This document shows positions 29,477 to 37,683 of a DNA stretch of 64,000 nt, in pieces. The notes under the pieces are model-generated. The model was not told the origin of the DNA, made no database searches, and saw nothing but the letters and a program-made list of their open reading frames with translations. Within the stretch, counting starts at the first letter, position 1. Each line of letters begins with the position of its first letter. A program made the translations under genes and the position numbers. The stretch is from Flavobacteriaceae bacterium. Lineage in GTDB: Bacteria; Bacteroidota; Bacteroidia; Flavobacteriales; Flavobacteriaceae. The stretch spans positions 12,313-76,312 of the forward strand of contig PACV01000007.1 in assembly GCA_002702875.1 (NCBI GenBank), written 5' to 3'.

Positions 29477-30796
29477 TTAATTGTTAACAGCATACCATCT
29501 TGTCCATGTATACTCTGAGTTAGTAGCTCCAGCGTCATCTTTCTTTGCAGTTACAATTTCAGCAAAAGATGCAGCATCTGTTGTAAATGTACTTCCAATT
29601 GAACTTTTATCAACAAATACATCTGAAATTGAACCTTCAGCTCCAACTGCAAACTGTATATCCCAATTAGCAAATGTTAAAGTTCCAGCAGTGTAAGATT
29701 GAGAGTCGGCGTCAGCATCAAGCTCAACATCTTTACCTTTTACAAAATCAAAGGCATAAATATTTGATAAAGATCCAGTTGCAGCTTTTCTAAAATCTGC
29801 TATTTCTCCATCTACTCCTAATGCTTTGCCACTTTTGGAGGCTCCATCGATTGTTACATTTTTAACAGTAAAACTTCCAGCAGCAGAACCCTCAGGGCCA
29901 TCTATTTCCATACCGTGATCTGAAGCATCCTCTAAAATGACATACGCATCATCAATGGTTCCAGAATAAGCTTGATCAATATCAAGGGCATCATCTCCTT
30001 GACCCCAAACTAGAAGGTAAGAAGCATTAACTGTACCGCCAAAAAATTCTATTCCGTCGTCAACGTTGGCAATAACTTCAATGTGATCAATAACTGTACC
30101 TGATCCTACACCGCCAAGGGTAAGACCATTAATTTCATTACCTTCACCTATTTCTGCACCACCGTGCCTAATTGAAATGTATTGCATAGTACCTGAATTA
30201 TCGTCAGATACACTACCTCCATATAATCCGTTGGTGTCAGATACCGGTATACCTTCAATTTGTAATTCAGAAACATCTCCTTTAAATGAACTTGGAGCTT
30301 TGCCTAAAACTAGTAAACCGCCCCATAATCCTCTTGAATTTACAGTTAGAGAGGCCCCTGTAGCTGGATATGTTCCATCAGCTTGAATATTATCTGCTTT
30401 TGCTGTCATAATAATGGGCTTGGAAGCAGTTCCTTTAGCATCAATTTTACCTCCTCTTGCGACAATTAATGTTGAAGCGTCTGCTCCAGAGCCTGGTTCA
30501 GCTTTTATTACAGTCCCAGCAGGAATTGTTAATGTAGCGCCGTCACCGACAACAACTCTACCTTTAAGTAACCAAATTTTATCACTAGATAAAGTTTTAT
30601 CAGATGTTAAAACTCCTTCAAGAGTGGAATCAGCAAAAGGGTCTACTTCAACAGTAACAGTTTCAGTAACTGTAACCTCAACCTCTTTTACAACTTCAAC
30701 GGTTTCAATAATTGTTTCTGGATCTTTTGAACAAGAAAAAAGAACAAAAAGAATTAAAAAAAACAATCCATTAAGTTTTACAAATTTTAATTTCAT
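29477..30796 (-). CDS. lipoprotein of unknown function with a probable right-handed beta-helix-like repeat region; first gene of the TonB-receptor operon
   Basis: Lipobox FVLFSC, an E/T/V-rich linker (ETVEVVKEVEVTVTETVTVEVD) and repetitive G/D/A/T-rich segments (DDGIEFFGGTVNASY, GDDALDIDQAYSG, DHGMEIDGPEG). G+C is much higher than in the neighbouring genes. Confidence 0.75.
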   Translation of the reverse strand: MKLKFVKLNGLFFLILFVLFSCSKDPETIIETVEVVKEVEVTVTETVTVEVDPFADSTLEGVLTSDKTLSSDKIWLLKGRVVVGDGATLTIPAGTVIKAEPGSGADASTLIVARGGKIDAKGTASKPIIMTAKADNIQADGTYPATGASLTVNSRGLWGGLLVLGKAPSSFKGDVSELQIEGIPVSDTNGLYGGSVSDDNSGTMQYISIRHGGAEIGEGNEINGLTLGGVGSGTVIDHIEVIANVDDGIEFFGGTVNASYLLVWGQGDDALDIDQAYSGTIDDAYVILEDASDHGMEIDGPEGSAAGSFTVKNVTIDGASKSGKALGVDGEIADFRKAATGSLSNIYAFDFVKGKDVELDADADSQSYTAGTLTFANWDIQFAVGAEGSISDVFVDKSSIGSTFTTDAASFAEIVTAKKDDAGATNSEYTWTRWYAVNN

Positions 30797-30845
30797 TATA
30801 TATTATTTTTTAGTTTAACAATAATTATTTAAGTTTAAAAACAAT

Positions 30846-30853
30846 CAAATATA
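30846..30853 (-). promoter_or_regulatory. candidate -7 box (TATATTTG on the minus strand) for the lipoprotein/TonB-receptor operon
   Basis: The plus strand reads CAAATATA, the reverse complement of TAnnTTTG, 50 nt upstream of the ATG at 30796. There is no matching -33 element. Confidence 0.3.
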
Positions 30854-30966
30854 TTTCTATACTATTTGTTTTTAATTAATTAAATGTTAAGCATTATTAA
30901 GTTAATATTATATAGACTTTAAAAAATTATCTCTTGAATATTAACTAAATATTAATAGACTGCAAT

Positions 30967-32286
30967 ATGAATTGGAATGATTTATTATCATTGAAAAGAT
31001 TTGGCGATCAAACAAAAAGAATAAGAAAAGAACAAGACGAAACTAGACTTGGATTTGAAGTAGATTATGACAGAATTGTTTTTTCCTCTGCCTTTAGAAG
31101 CTTACAAGATAAAACGCAGGTGATACCTTTTTCTAAAACAGACTTTGTGCATACAAGATTAACTCATAGTCTTGAGGTATCTGTTGTTGCAAGAACACTA
31201 GGAAGACTTGCTGGTAAAGAAATATTATATAAGCACCCAAGCCTCTCTGAAATTGATGGATACAAGAGCAATGATTTTGGAGCTATAGTTGCTGCAGCTG
31301 CTCTTTCTCATGACATAGGAAATCCACCATTTGGCCATAGTGGTGAGAAAGCTATTGGATATTTTTTTTCAAATGGAAAGGGTAAAAAATATAAAGAAAT
31401 GTTAAGCGATGCAGAATATTGTGATTTATCCAACTTTGAGGGTAATGCAAATGGATTTAAAATTTTAGTCGAGTCTAAAGATGGACTACCCGGTGGACTA
31501 AGATTAAGTTATGGGACTCTAGGTGCTTTTATTAAATATCCAAAAACTTCTTTTCCTCAATATAAAACTCAAAATATATCTGAAAAAAAATTTGGGGTTT
31601 TTCAGTCAGAATTGACTTTTTTTCAAGAATTGATGAACAGTCTCAAAATCCAAAAAAATAATAGTTCATATGCTAGACATCCACTCGCATTTTTAGTAGA
31701 AGCTGCTGACGATATATGTTACACTATAATTGATTTTGAAGATGGTATAAATTTGGGTTGGATTTCAGAATCTTATGCACTTGAGTATCTTCTTAATTTG
31801 GTAAGAGACCAAATTGATAAAAATAAATTTAATTCTTTAAAATATAAATCCGATAGAATGAGCTATTTAAGGGCTCTTGCCATAAATAGTCTTATTAAAG
31901 AATCAGTTTCAATTTTCCTTGAAAATGAAGACAAAATTTTACAGGGAAAATATAATAAATCGTTACTTGAAAGTAGTAAATATAAAGCACAGATGGAAGA
32001 CATTATTTCTTTGAGTGTAAAAAAAATTTACCAGTCAAAAGAGGTAGTAGAAAAAGAAGTTATTGGATACAGTGTAATAAACGCTTTAATGAAGGTTTTT
32101 ACTCAAGCTTCGGTAAATAAATTCAATAATAAAGAAAATTCATTTGATAGTGTTATTTTAAAGTTGGTGCCTGAAGGGGTTCCTATTATATCAAATTCTA
32201 TATACAAAACTTTATTAAATACAACATGTTTTATAGCTAGTCTTTCGGATGGCAAAGCAATGGAAATATCAAATAAATTGAAATAG
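30967..32286 (+). CDS. dgt: dGTP triphosphohydrolase-like HD-domain protein
   Basis: DYDRIVFSSAFRSLQDKTQV, HTRLTHSLEV, SHDIGNPPFGH, VEAADDICY. Confidence 0.92.
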   Translation: MNWNDLLSLKRFGDQTKRIRKEQDETRLGFEVDYDRIVFSSAFRSLQDKTQVIPFSKTDFVHTRLTHSLEVSVVARTLGRLAGKEILYKHPSLSEIDGYKSNDFGAIVAAAALSHDIGNPPFGHSGEKAIGYFFSNGKGKKYKEMLSDAEYCDLSNFEGNANGFKILVESKDGLPGGLRLSYGTLGAFIKYPKTSFPQYKTQNISEKKFGVFQSELTFFQELMNSLKIQKNNSSYARHPLAFLVEAADDICYTIIDFEDGINLGWISESYALEYLLNLVRDQIDKNKFNSLKYKSDRMSYLRALAINSLIKESVSIFLENEDKILQGKYNKSLLESSKYKAQMEDIISLSVKKIYQSKEVVEKEVIGYSVINALMKVFTQASVNKFNNKENSFDSVILKLVPEGVPIISNSIYKTLLNTTCFIASLSDGKAMEISNKLK

Positions 32287-32342
32287 GTTACAAATTTATT
32301 CTTGTTAAATAATAATGATATTTATATTTGCCTAAAAAAAAT

Positions 32343-33548
32343 ATGGCTGGATGGATATCACTTTTTTTGTACTTAACCTTTTTTCAATTTTATGTCTTTC
32401 AGGCTGTAAAGGAAGTAAGTTATCAAAATTTTAAGATTTTTTATTTAGTCTCTTCTTTTTTGATTATTGGGAATTTTTTTTATCAAATATTTTCCAGAGG
32501 ATTCGACAGTAGTTCTTCTTTTTTTAGCTACTCATTAGGGTTATTTTTATCTCTTTTTTGTTTTCAATTAGTTGTAATATCTGTTCTTATAGTTGAGGAT
32601 TTTTTTAGGTTAATTTCATTTATTTCTAGTTCAGTAAATAAAAGTGAGAATATCATTCCAAACAGGAGAAAATTTGTCTCTCAAATTGCCCTTATTTCTG
32701 GATCTATACCATTTGTTGGTTTAATTTTTGGAATGATTTATGGTAAATATAATTACAGAGTATTTAAATATGAAATGGATTTTGATGATTTACCAAAAAG
32801 TTTTGATGGGTTTAAAATTACTCATATATCAGACATTCATTCTGGAAGTTTGGATAATATTGAAAAGGTGAAATATGGTATTGATCTAATAAACCAACAA
32901 AAATCAGATGTTATTTTATTCACCGGGGATTTAGTAAATAATAAATCGAACGAGCTAGAAAAATGGAAAGATATTTTTAAATTAATGGAAGCTCCTCTTG
33001 GAAAATTTTCTATTCTAGGAAATCATGATTATGGTGATTATTATGATTGGAAATCTAAGGACGAAAAAATCAATGATTTTAAAAAATTTATGGATTACCA
33101 AGAAAATATGGGGTTTAAATTATTAATGAATGAATCAATTTATTTGGAAAAAAATGAGGAAAAAATAGCCATTCTTGGATCAGAAAATTGGGGAAGGGGT
33201 TTTAAAAAAGAAGGTGATCTTGATAAGATGATTTCAAAAATAAATAAGGATGATTTTAAAATTCTAATGACCCATGATCCGTCACACTGGGAAGAAAAAG
33301 TTCTTAACCATAAAAGTAGATTTCAATTGACATTATCAGGACACACTCATGGAATGCAATTTGGAATTGAAATCCCGGGATTAATTAAATGGAGTCCCGT
33401 TAAATGGAGATACAAACAGTGGGCTGGAATTTATAAGAAGGACAAAAAAATTTTAAATGTAAACAGAGGATTTGGTTATTTGGCTTATCCAGGAAGGTTA
33501 GGAATATATCCAGAAATTTCTGTTATAACACTGAGAAGCAGGTCATAA
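32343..33548 (+). CDS. membrane-anchored metallophosphoesterase (YkuE/calcineurin-like)
   Basis: About 4-5 N-terminal TM segments, then the phosphoesterase motifs ISDIHSG, GDLVN, GNHD, GHTHG. I prefer the ATG at 32343 to the TTG at 32328. Confidence 0.85.
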   Translation: MAGWISLFLYLTFFQFYVFQAVKEVSYQNFKIFYLVSSFLIIGNFFYQIFSRGFDSSSSFFSYSLGLFLSLFCFQLVVISVLIVEDFFRLISFISSSVNKSENIIPNRRKFVSQIALISGSIPFVGLIFGMIYGKYNYRVFKYEMDFDDLPKSFDGFKITHISDIHSGSLDNIEKVKYGIDLINQQKSDVILFTGDLVNNKSNELEKWKDIFKLMEAPLGKFSILGNHDYGDYYDWKSKDEKINDFKKFMDYQENMGFKLLMNESIYLEKNEEKIAILGSENWGRGFKKEGDLDKMISKINKDDFKILMTHDPSHWEEKVLNHKSRFQLTLSGHTHGMQFGIEIPGLIKWSPVKWRYKQWAGIYKKDKKILNVNRGFGYLAYPGRLGIYPEISVITLRSRS

Positions 33549-33563
33549 AAGATTAAAAAAATG

Positions 33564-33571
33564 TAAATTTG
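33564..33571 (+). promoter_or_regulatory. candidate -7 box TAAATTTG for the thioredoxin-like gene
   Basis: Exact TAnnTTTG match 21 nt upstream of the GTG start at 33593. Confidence 0.3.
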
Positions 33572-33592
33572 TAAAATTTATAATTTTTATCT

Positions 33593-33898
33593 GTGTCAAA
33601 GTTCGGCCAATTAATTGATGAAAAAATTCCTTTATTGTTAGTCTTTTATGATTTAAACAGTATTGAAGACAATTTTATGGATTTAAGTCCAATACTAAAA
33701 GATGTGGCTGCAGCACTTGGTGATAAAGGAAAAGTAATAAAAATTGATATAAATAAAAATAATGAAATTTCTCAAGCACTTAGAATTAGAGTTTTACCAA
33801 CATTAATAATTTACAAAAATGGTGAAATGGTTTGGAGACAAAGTGGGCAACAAGACGCAAATACACTTATTGGATTAATGAATGAGAACTTAAACTAA
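33593..33898 (+). CDS. thioredoxin-fold protein lacking the CxxC active site (no cysteine at all)
   Basis: Collinear with classical thioredoxin (PILKDVAAALGDKGKVIKIDINKN..., cis-Pro region VLPTLIIYKNGE). The WCGPC position reads LNSIEDNF, and the 101-aa product contains no Cys. GTG start. Confidence 0.75.
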   Translation: MSKFGQLIDEKIPLLLVFYDLNSIEDNFMDLSPILKDVAAALGDKGKVIKIDINKNNEISQALRIRVLPTLIIYKNGEMVWRQSGQQDANTLIGLMNENLN

Positions 33899-36800
33899 TT
33901 ATCTATATCTGAAATTATTTTTTTAAACTCCGATAGGTTTTTTATTGAATTAAATAGTTCTTTTTCGATTGTATCAGTAAAACTACTATCATCATAGATA
34001 CTAGAATACAAAACCAGTTTTCTGTAGCTATTTACTTCTTCACTTATTCTATCTGTTAATATTTTTTGGTTTTCATCAGATAGACTATTATAAAGATCAA
34101 ATCTTTCTTTATATTGATTTAAAATTTTCATACAAAGATTTCTTGCCTTATTGTTACTTCCAGAGAGATAGTATCCTTCCACAAATTCATCAAGAAGTTT
34201 ATAGTATTCATATTCTCCATATAGATAAATAAATTTTTCAGTGATTTGAATAAAGTCATCAATTTTACCCTCTAAAAAGTCATAATCTCTATTATCAAGT
34301 ATAATTTCTACTAGAGCTCTATATCTTTCGATTTCAGTTAAAATTTCTTCAGCAATTGGAAATTGAAACGATGGACTAAGACTATAAAAATAATTTAATT
34401 TATCTTGATATTTCAAGCTAATTTTATTGAATATTTCTCTTGATTTTTCAACATTGTTTAATCTGTAATAACCCTCTATGAATGGGGGTATTAAACTGTA
34501 AAAGCCAAAATAATCAATTGGCATTTTTTCAAAAGCAAGATCAATAATTTCAGAAGCTTTCTCTAATTTATTTTCATCAATTAACTTCTCAGCAAGCCTG
34601 GCTAAATTACTTCTGTATGATATACTGTTCTTTCTAGTTTCAGGATCATGATAAATTGATCCACTTTCGGAATTTCCCCATTCCCATTTTTTGACAATAT
34701 CATACATCAAATCAGAGTCAATCCTACCCATTATGTATGGGTTGTTTTTATTTCTATCAGTTTTTATTGGAACAAGTTTATAAACAAGTCCCTCAAGTTG
34801 AAGATAGTCTTTCATCCAAATATATTCAGAATCTGCATAACTACCACCGGTAAAGTATATGGGTCTTTCCCAATTATTATTAGCAATAATATCAAGCATC
34901 ATCATTTGATTTTTTGTGATACCACTCTGCGGTAAATCAAAATCAATAAAATCAACAATTTTATCAATGTCATTTTGTTTAACCAGCCCACTTGATATTA
35001 CATTTGACTTGTTAACTTTAAGACGTATTTTGTTAGTTGGATAAAATACCATTTCTTGAGTATTTTTTGGATAATCATTTGGATCACCTCCAGATTGAAT
35101 TATAAGATTTTTATATTTTGTTTTAGGATTATCGCTTCCAACCCAATTGATAAAGTCTTTAACATCCCATCTAACAGAATCAATTATTGGTTCATATCTA
35201 ATATAATCTCTAATTCCATAGGCGTATAGATCATGAGTTAACTGAGAGGGAATTGGATCACTTTCATATGTTTTTCGTTTTAGTTGGTCAATGTACCAAT
35301 CTGTAGCTAAAAGACTAGTATTTATTGTTTTAACATCAGTTCTAAATCCTTCTATTTCTTGAGCATACCATAGTGCAAAAGTATCATTGTCACCTATGGT
35401 AAAAATCATTGCACCTGAATCTTTCTGAATTGAAGTTAAATATGATTTAGCCATGGATTGAGCAGTATATCTTCCTGAGCGGTCATGGTCATCCCAATTC
35501 TGATAAGCCATTAAAAAAGGAATTGATAAAAAGAGTAAGATTATAAAGAAATAATTTAAAAATTTACGGTCAATTAATTTTTTTATTTTTTGTAAAAATC
35601 CAAAAACACCCATTCCAATCCATATCGAAAAAACATAAAATGATCCAACAAGTGCATAATCTCTCTCCCTTGGTTCAAATGGTCTTTCATTAAGGTATAC
35701 TTTTAAAGCGAGACCTGTAAAAAGGAAAAAAATCATTAAAACCCAGGATTTTGTTTTGTCATTTTTGTATAAAAAATAAAGTCCAATCAATCCAAAAATA
35801 AAAGGGATAAAAAAATAGGTATTTCTGGCCTTATTATTTTTTGCATCTTGAGTTATGTTGTCTTGATTTCCTAAACGAATTTCATCAATAAACTTTATAC
35901 CACTTAACCAATTTCCATTTAAAATATCAAACTTGCCCTGGAAATCATTTTGCCTTCCTGTAAAATTCCACATCAAATATCGCCAATACATATATCCAAA
36001 TTGATAATTAAACAAAAAATAAAGGTTACTTAAAAATGATGGTTTTTCTATTTTTAAATAAGGTCCAAGCGTTTTAAAAAAATTATCATAATCCGATCCA
36101 TCAACTTCCTCTTGTTCAATTCTCAATTTAAATTCGTCAACTCTTGCTTTAAGTGCACTACTACTTTTATAATTTGGATCAATTTCAAAATCTAAAGGTC
36201 CAGTGAAATTCATATAGTTAGCTGCATGCTCACTACTCCAAAGTCTTGGAAGAAGTCCTCTGTGATTGCTATTAGAATTAATTTTCGATTTTTCCCAATG
36301 ATTAACTATAACATACTTATTTCTTTTTAGATCCCTTTCATATTTAGGTTTATCATCAATATATGGCTCTTTACTGTCTTGACCAGCATACATATCTGAA
36401 AACATGGGTCCATAAAAAAGATATGTATCTGGGTATTGTTCTAAATTGTAATAAGCTAAAAGTTGCCTTGCGTCAGTAGGAGAATTTTCATTTATAACTG
36501 TGTTTGCGTTTGATCTAATTGGAATCATTAACCATGATGAAAAACCAATTAAAACAAATAGGATGCAAAGAATACCTGTATTTAAATTTATTAAATTATA
36601 TTTTTTGGTTAGGTTAATAGCATAAACAAAGAAAATGATTAAGACCAACCCACAAAAAATTGTACCACTATTAAAAGGCAAGTTCAGACTATTTACAAAG
36701 TAAACTTCTGCTCTGCCAAAAAATGCAAGAGTAGAGGGTAGTAATAATTTAAAAATAAATAAAAGTATTGCAACAGAAATAATATTTGCAGCTATAAAAT

Positions 36801-37443
36801 TCTTAATAGTAATTTTTTTTACGTTTTTAAAGTAATACAGCATACCAAGAGCAGGAATAGTCAATAATCCCATAAAATGAACACCAAATGATAGTCCAAT
36901 TATAAATGAAATTAATAACAGCCATTTGTCACCATAGGGAGTATTCATCTCACTCTCCCATTTAAGTCCAAGCCAAAACAATACAGATAAAATTAAAGTT
37001 GCCATTGCATAAACCTCGGCTTCAACAGCATTAAACCAAAAACTATCAGAGAAACAAAAAGCCAAAGATCCTATACTTGCACTTCCAAAAAAAACTAAAT
37101 ATTCGTGAAAATTATCTAATTTTTTAAAAGAGGGAAGTTTTTTTAAAAGCATAGTAATAGACCAAAAAAGAAAAAGAATAGTAAAGGAGCTAGAAAAAAC
37201 TGACATTAAATTAACGGCTAATGCTACATATTCACTTCCTGGAGAAAACATAGAAAAAAAAGCACCCATCATTTGATAAAATGGAGCACCTGGTGGGTGA
37301 CCAACTTGCAATTTTGCAGATGTAGCTATATACTCTCCTGCATCCCAGAAACTAGCAGTGGGCTCAACAGTTAAGGAAAAAGTAATAAGAGCTATTAAAA
37401 AATGTACCCATCCAAGAAATAAATTTAATTTTTTGTAATCCAA
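33895..37443 (-). CDS. DUF2723 (TMEM260-like, GT-C fold) polytopic membrane protein with a large C-terminal helical-repeat domain
   Basis: N-terminal hallmark FWDAGEYIATSAKLQVGHPPGAPFYQMMG, at least 12 predicted TM segments, and a soluble C-terminal half of about 600 aa with TPR-like helical repeats. 1182 aa. Confidence 0.8.
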   Translation of the reverse strand: MDYKKLNLFLGWVHFLIALITFSLTVEPTASFWDAGEYIATSAKLQVGHPPGAPFYQMMGAFFSMFSPGSEYVALAVNLMSVFSSSFTILFLFWSITMLLKKLPSFKKLDNFHEYLVFFGSASIGSLAFCFSDSFWFNAVEAEVYAMATLILSVLFWLGLKWESEMNTPYGDKWLLLISFIIGLSFGVHFMGLLTIPALGMLYYFKNVKKITIKNFIAANIISVAILLFIFKLLLPSTLAFFGRAEVYFVNSLNLPFNSGTIFCGLVLIIFFVYAINLTKKYNLINLNTGILCILFVLIGFSSWLMIPIRSNANTVINENSPTDARQLLAYYNLEQYPDTYLFYGPMFSDMYAGQDSKEPYIDDKPKYERDLKRNKYVIVNHWEKSKINSNSNHRGLLPRLWSSEHAANYMNFTGPLDFEIDPNYKSSSALKARVDEFKLRIEQEEVDGSDYDNFFKTLGPYLKIEKPSFLSNLYFLFNYQFGYMYWRYLMWNFTGRQNDFQGKFDILNGNWLSGIKFIDEIRLGNQDNITQDAKNNKARNTYFFIPFIFGLIGLYFLYKNDKTKSWVLMIFFLFTGLALKVYLNERPFEPRERDYALVGSFYVFSIWIGMGVFGFLQKIKKLIDRKFLNYFFIILLFLSIPFLMAYQNWDDHDRSGRYTAQSMAKSYLTSIQKDSGAMIFTIGDNDTFALWYAQEIEGFRTDVKTINTSLLATDWYIDQLKRKTYESDPIPSQLTHDLYAYGIRDYIRYEPIIDSVRWDVKDFINWVGSDNPKTKYKNLIIQSGGDPNDYPKNTQEMVFYPTNKIRLKVNKSNVISSGLVKQNDIDKIVDFIDFDLPQSGITKNQMMMLDIIANNNWERPIYFTGGSYADSEYIWMKDYLQLEGLVYKLVPIKTDRNKNNPYIMGRIDSDLMYDIVKKWEWGNSESGSIYHDPETRKNSISYRSNLARLAEKLIDENKLEKASEIIDLAFEKMPIDYFGFYSLIPPFIEGYYRLNNVEKSREIFNKISLKYQDKLNYFYSLSPSFQFPIAEEILTEIERYRALVEIILDNRDYDFLEGKIDDFIQITEKFIYLYGEYEYYKLLDEFVEGYYLSGSNNKARNLCMKILNQYKERFDLYNSLSDENQKILTDRISEEVNSYRKLVLYSSIYDDSSFTDTIEKELFNSIKNLSEFKKIISDIDN

Positions 37444-37544
37444 ATTATAATTGTCTTAATTTTATAAAAACGAATTTAATAATTATAAATCTATAGTTTT
37501 GTTTTTTTATAAATTAAACAAAAAATTTAAAAAATTAAAAAACA

Positions 37545-37575
37545 TTTGATAACCGTACACTTTATATTAAATTTG
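37545..37575 (+). promoter_or_regulatory. Bacteroidota-type promoter for tRNA-Gln (-33 TTTG, 19-nt spacer, -7 TAAATTTG)
   Basis: TTTG at 37545-37548, a 19-nt spacer, then TAAATTTG at 37568-37575. The mature tRNA 5' end is at 37583, 8 nt downstream. This matches the published Bacteroides/Flavobacterium sigma-A consensus TTTG-N19-TAnnTTTG. Confidence 0.6.
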
Positions 37576-37582
37576 CAGATTA

Positions 37583-37655
37583 TGGCCTATGGTGTAACTG
37601 GTAACACGTCTGATTTTGGTTCAGAAGAGTCTAGGTTCGAGCCCTAGTAGGCCAA
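37583..37655 (+). tRNA. tRNA-Gln (anticodon UUG)
   Basis: Folded by hand. Acceptor TGGCCTA/TAGGCCA (U1-A72, as in bacterial tRNA-Gln), D stem GTGT/ACAC, anticodon stem TCTGA/TCAGA with loop TT-TTG-GT, 5-nt variable loop, T arm CTAGG-TTCGAGC-CCTAG, discriminator A. CCA is not encoded. Confidence 0.92.
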
Positions 37656-37683
37656 CTACTTAGTTAAACTTATTTTCAATTTT

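Noticed and set aside
29481-30818. Three long plus-strand ORFs (29481-29696, 30177-30386, 30414-30818; up to 134 aa) lie antisense to the lipoprotein gene.
   Set aside because: They are confined to the one locally GC-richer gene. Their products are low-complexity P/S/T/A-rich with no start context or motifs. The minus-strand frame has a lipobox and a coherent repeat architecture. They are a typical antisense artefact of stop-poor sequence.
17244-32286. Several dNTP-pool genes (dCMP deaminase, nrdB, nrdA, dgt) fall within 15 kb and might form a functional supercluster.
   Set aside because: They are separated by unrelated genes on both strands (protease, PiT, TonB receptor operon) and sit in different transcription units. 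This looks like coincidence in a compact genome.
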